In this document: positions 62,431-64,000 of the stretch, one piece after another
Layout: the number at the start of each line of letters is the position of its first letter
Numbering within the stretch: the first letter of the stretch is position 1
Assembly: GCA_043228905.1 (NCBI GenBank)
Contig: JBHGNT010000001.1
Coordinates: 18,166,001 to 18,230,000, forward strand
DNA from: Azolla caroliniana
Taxonomy: Eukaryota > Plantae > Polypodiophyta
Length of the DNA stretch: 64,000 bases
Reading direction: 5' to 3'
Made by a program: the position numbers and the translations under genes
The notes under the pieces: generated by a model
What the model was told of the DNA's origin: nothing
The model's database searches: none
Seen by the model: the letters and a program-made list of their open reading frames with translations, nothing else

Positions 62431-64000
62431 TGCTACGGCCTGCGAAATGATTTCAAAGACCTACTTCTAACCTTCCCCGAAGAACCAAAGTCTCTTATGG
62501 AGGCAATGAGTCAAGCGGTCCAATGCGACAACCGCCTTTTTGAACGACGTTCATAACGTCAATTACAAATACCATGCTCTAGGCCGGAGCCCACTTACGG
62601 CTCAGTTGTGGCTAAACCGTTTGCAAGAGACATACCTCAAGCAAATACTCCGACACCGATGGAGATCGACACCATACATCGATGTGGCCTGTTATCGGAA
62701 GAAGAAAAGCAACAACGACGTGCAAATCGATTATGCCTTTATTGTGGTGGACCAGGGCATATCGCAATCATTTGTCCCAATAGGCCAAGAAGACAGGTAA
62801 ATCAAATCGTAGCCTATACTAAACCCGAGTCAATTCTTCCCTTTGGAGTGTCTGATAGTATTAATAGTACTAATAGCCCAAGTATCTCAAACAAATTTGA
62901 AATCCTTAGTCAATTAGATGAAGAGTTAAACGATTGAGTCTAGCCAAAATAGGAGCCATTTGGTTGGACCTCCCTAGATTTATACAGCCCATTACTGGTT
63001 CCATTCCCTCCATGCAAGTTAGCAATGTGTTCCTAGCCCAAGTCATGGTTAGTACTAAAAGTACTCCCCTAGTACACGTCCTAGGACTTCTAGATTCCGA
63101 AGCTAAATCCTGTTTCATGGATCGAAATTTTGCCCAACCTTCTTAGATATCCTTAAGAAAACTTCCTTGCCCCACATCTGTAGTAGTCATTGATGGTTGT
63201 CCCATTGCTTCCAGGAATATTATAAAAGAGTCAGAACCCATTCAAGTTGTCCTAGGTAGTTTTGTGTGTGTACTATCCTTTAATATAATTAATAGTCCAG
63301 AGAATCCCATTGTCCTGGGATTACCTTGGTTTGAATTACATAATCCAAACATCGATTGGAGAACAAGAGAAGTCCGACATCGACAACCCCAAGAATCTCC
63401 TCATCGAGTTTCGACCATTTCACTACGTCAATTACGCGAAGGACACAAGGAGGCAATGTTCCTATTTGCAATATCAATACATCCTTCTAGCACTATTAAG
63501 GAGGAATCCTTAGTGCAACTTCCAGCGAACTATCATCCTTATGCCGATGTATTTGACAAAGTAAAAGCCGGTACTCTTCCTCATCATCGTCCCTATGATT
63601 GTCGCATCGATTTACAACCAGGAGTAGAGCCACATGGGGACCAATTTACAACTTGTCACCCACCGAGTTAGAAGTCCTTCAAGCCTACATAGAGGAGAAC
63701 TTGGCAAGTGGGTTTATTCGTCATTCGAAATCTTTGGCTGGTGCACCCATCTTCTTTGTCAAGAAGAAAGATGGCTCACTTCGTCTCGTCGTTGATTACC
63801 ACGGCTTGAATAAAGTCACCATCCGGAATAGGTATGCACTTCCTCTTATATCAAGTCTTTTAGAGAGATTTAATGGTGCCAAGTTTTTTACAAAAAATGA
63901 TCTACGAGGAGCGTATAACCTTATGCGGATCCGACCGGGAGATGAATGGAAGACCGCCTTTCGCATGCGGTATGGGCATTTCAAATATACTGTTATGCCG
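62430..64000 (+). mobile_element. Chromovirus (Tcn1-like) gag C-terminus, protease and RT start
   Basis: [54 protein letters not shown] and DLRGAYN motifs. Confidence 0.9.
62925..62976 (+). promoter_or_regulatory. Predicted -1 frameshift signal (G_UUA_AAC plus stem/pseudoknot) at chromovirus gag/pol
   Basis: Heptamer 62925-31, gag stop 62935-37, pol in the -1 frame, 11-bp stem 62938-48/62959-69. Confidence 0.7.

Overview
This is eukaryotic, almost wholly transposon-derived DNA. It most likely comes from a non-seed land plant (moss, lycophyte or fern; inferred from TTTAGGG-type motifs, tRNA-iMet and plant tRNA-Trp primer sites, and a chromodomain Gypsy). No intact cellular gene is evident. 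The window is a nest of about a dozen LTR retrotransposon copies, up to two nested insertions deep in a host, many with LTRs and target-site duplications (TSDs) resolvable by eye. It holds two Gypsy 'family A' copies, four Gypsy 'family B' copies, six Copia copies or fragments, two solo LTRs and a chromovirus, plus a LINE 3' remnant, a spliced hAT transposase remnant, satellites and an unassigned RING-finger-like gene fragment. The main discovery candidate is Gypsy family B. It has a tRNA-Trp primer site and a gag-protease ORF ending at G_GAU_UUU_UAG. RT-RH-IN lies in the -1 frame behind a predicted pseudoknot that shows a compensatory base-pair change between copies. Its TSD is 4 bp, and all four visible insertion flanks have a central CpG. 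Other notable items are a second -1 frameshift signal in the chromovirus, tRNA-like A/B boxes inside two unrelated LTRs, and a Copia family with a duplicated PPT and a charged RNase H tail. All coordinates and pairings were derived by hand, and no database search was possible.
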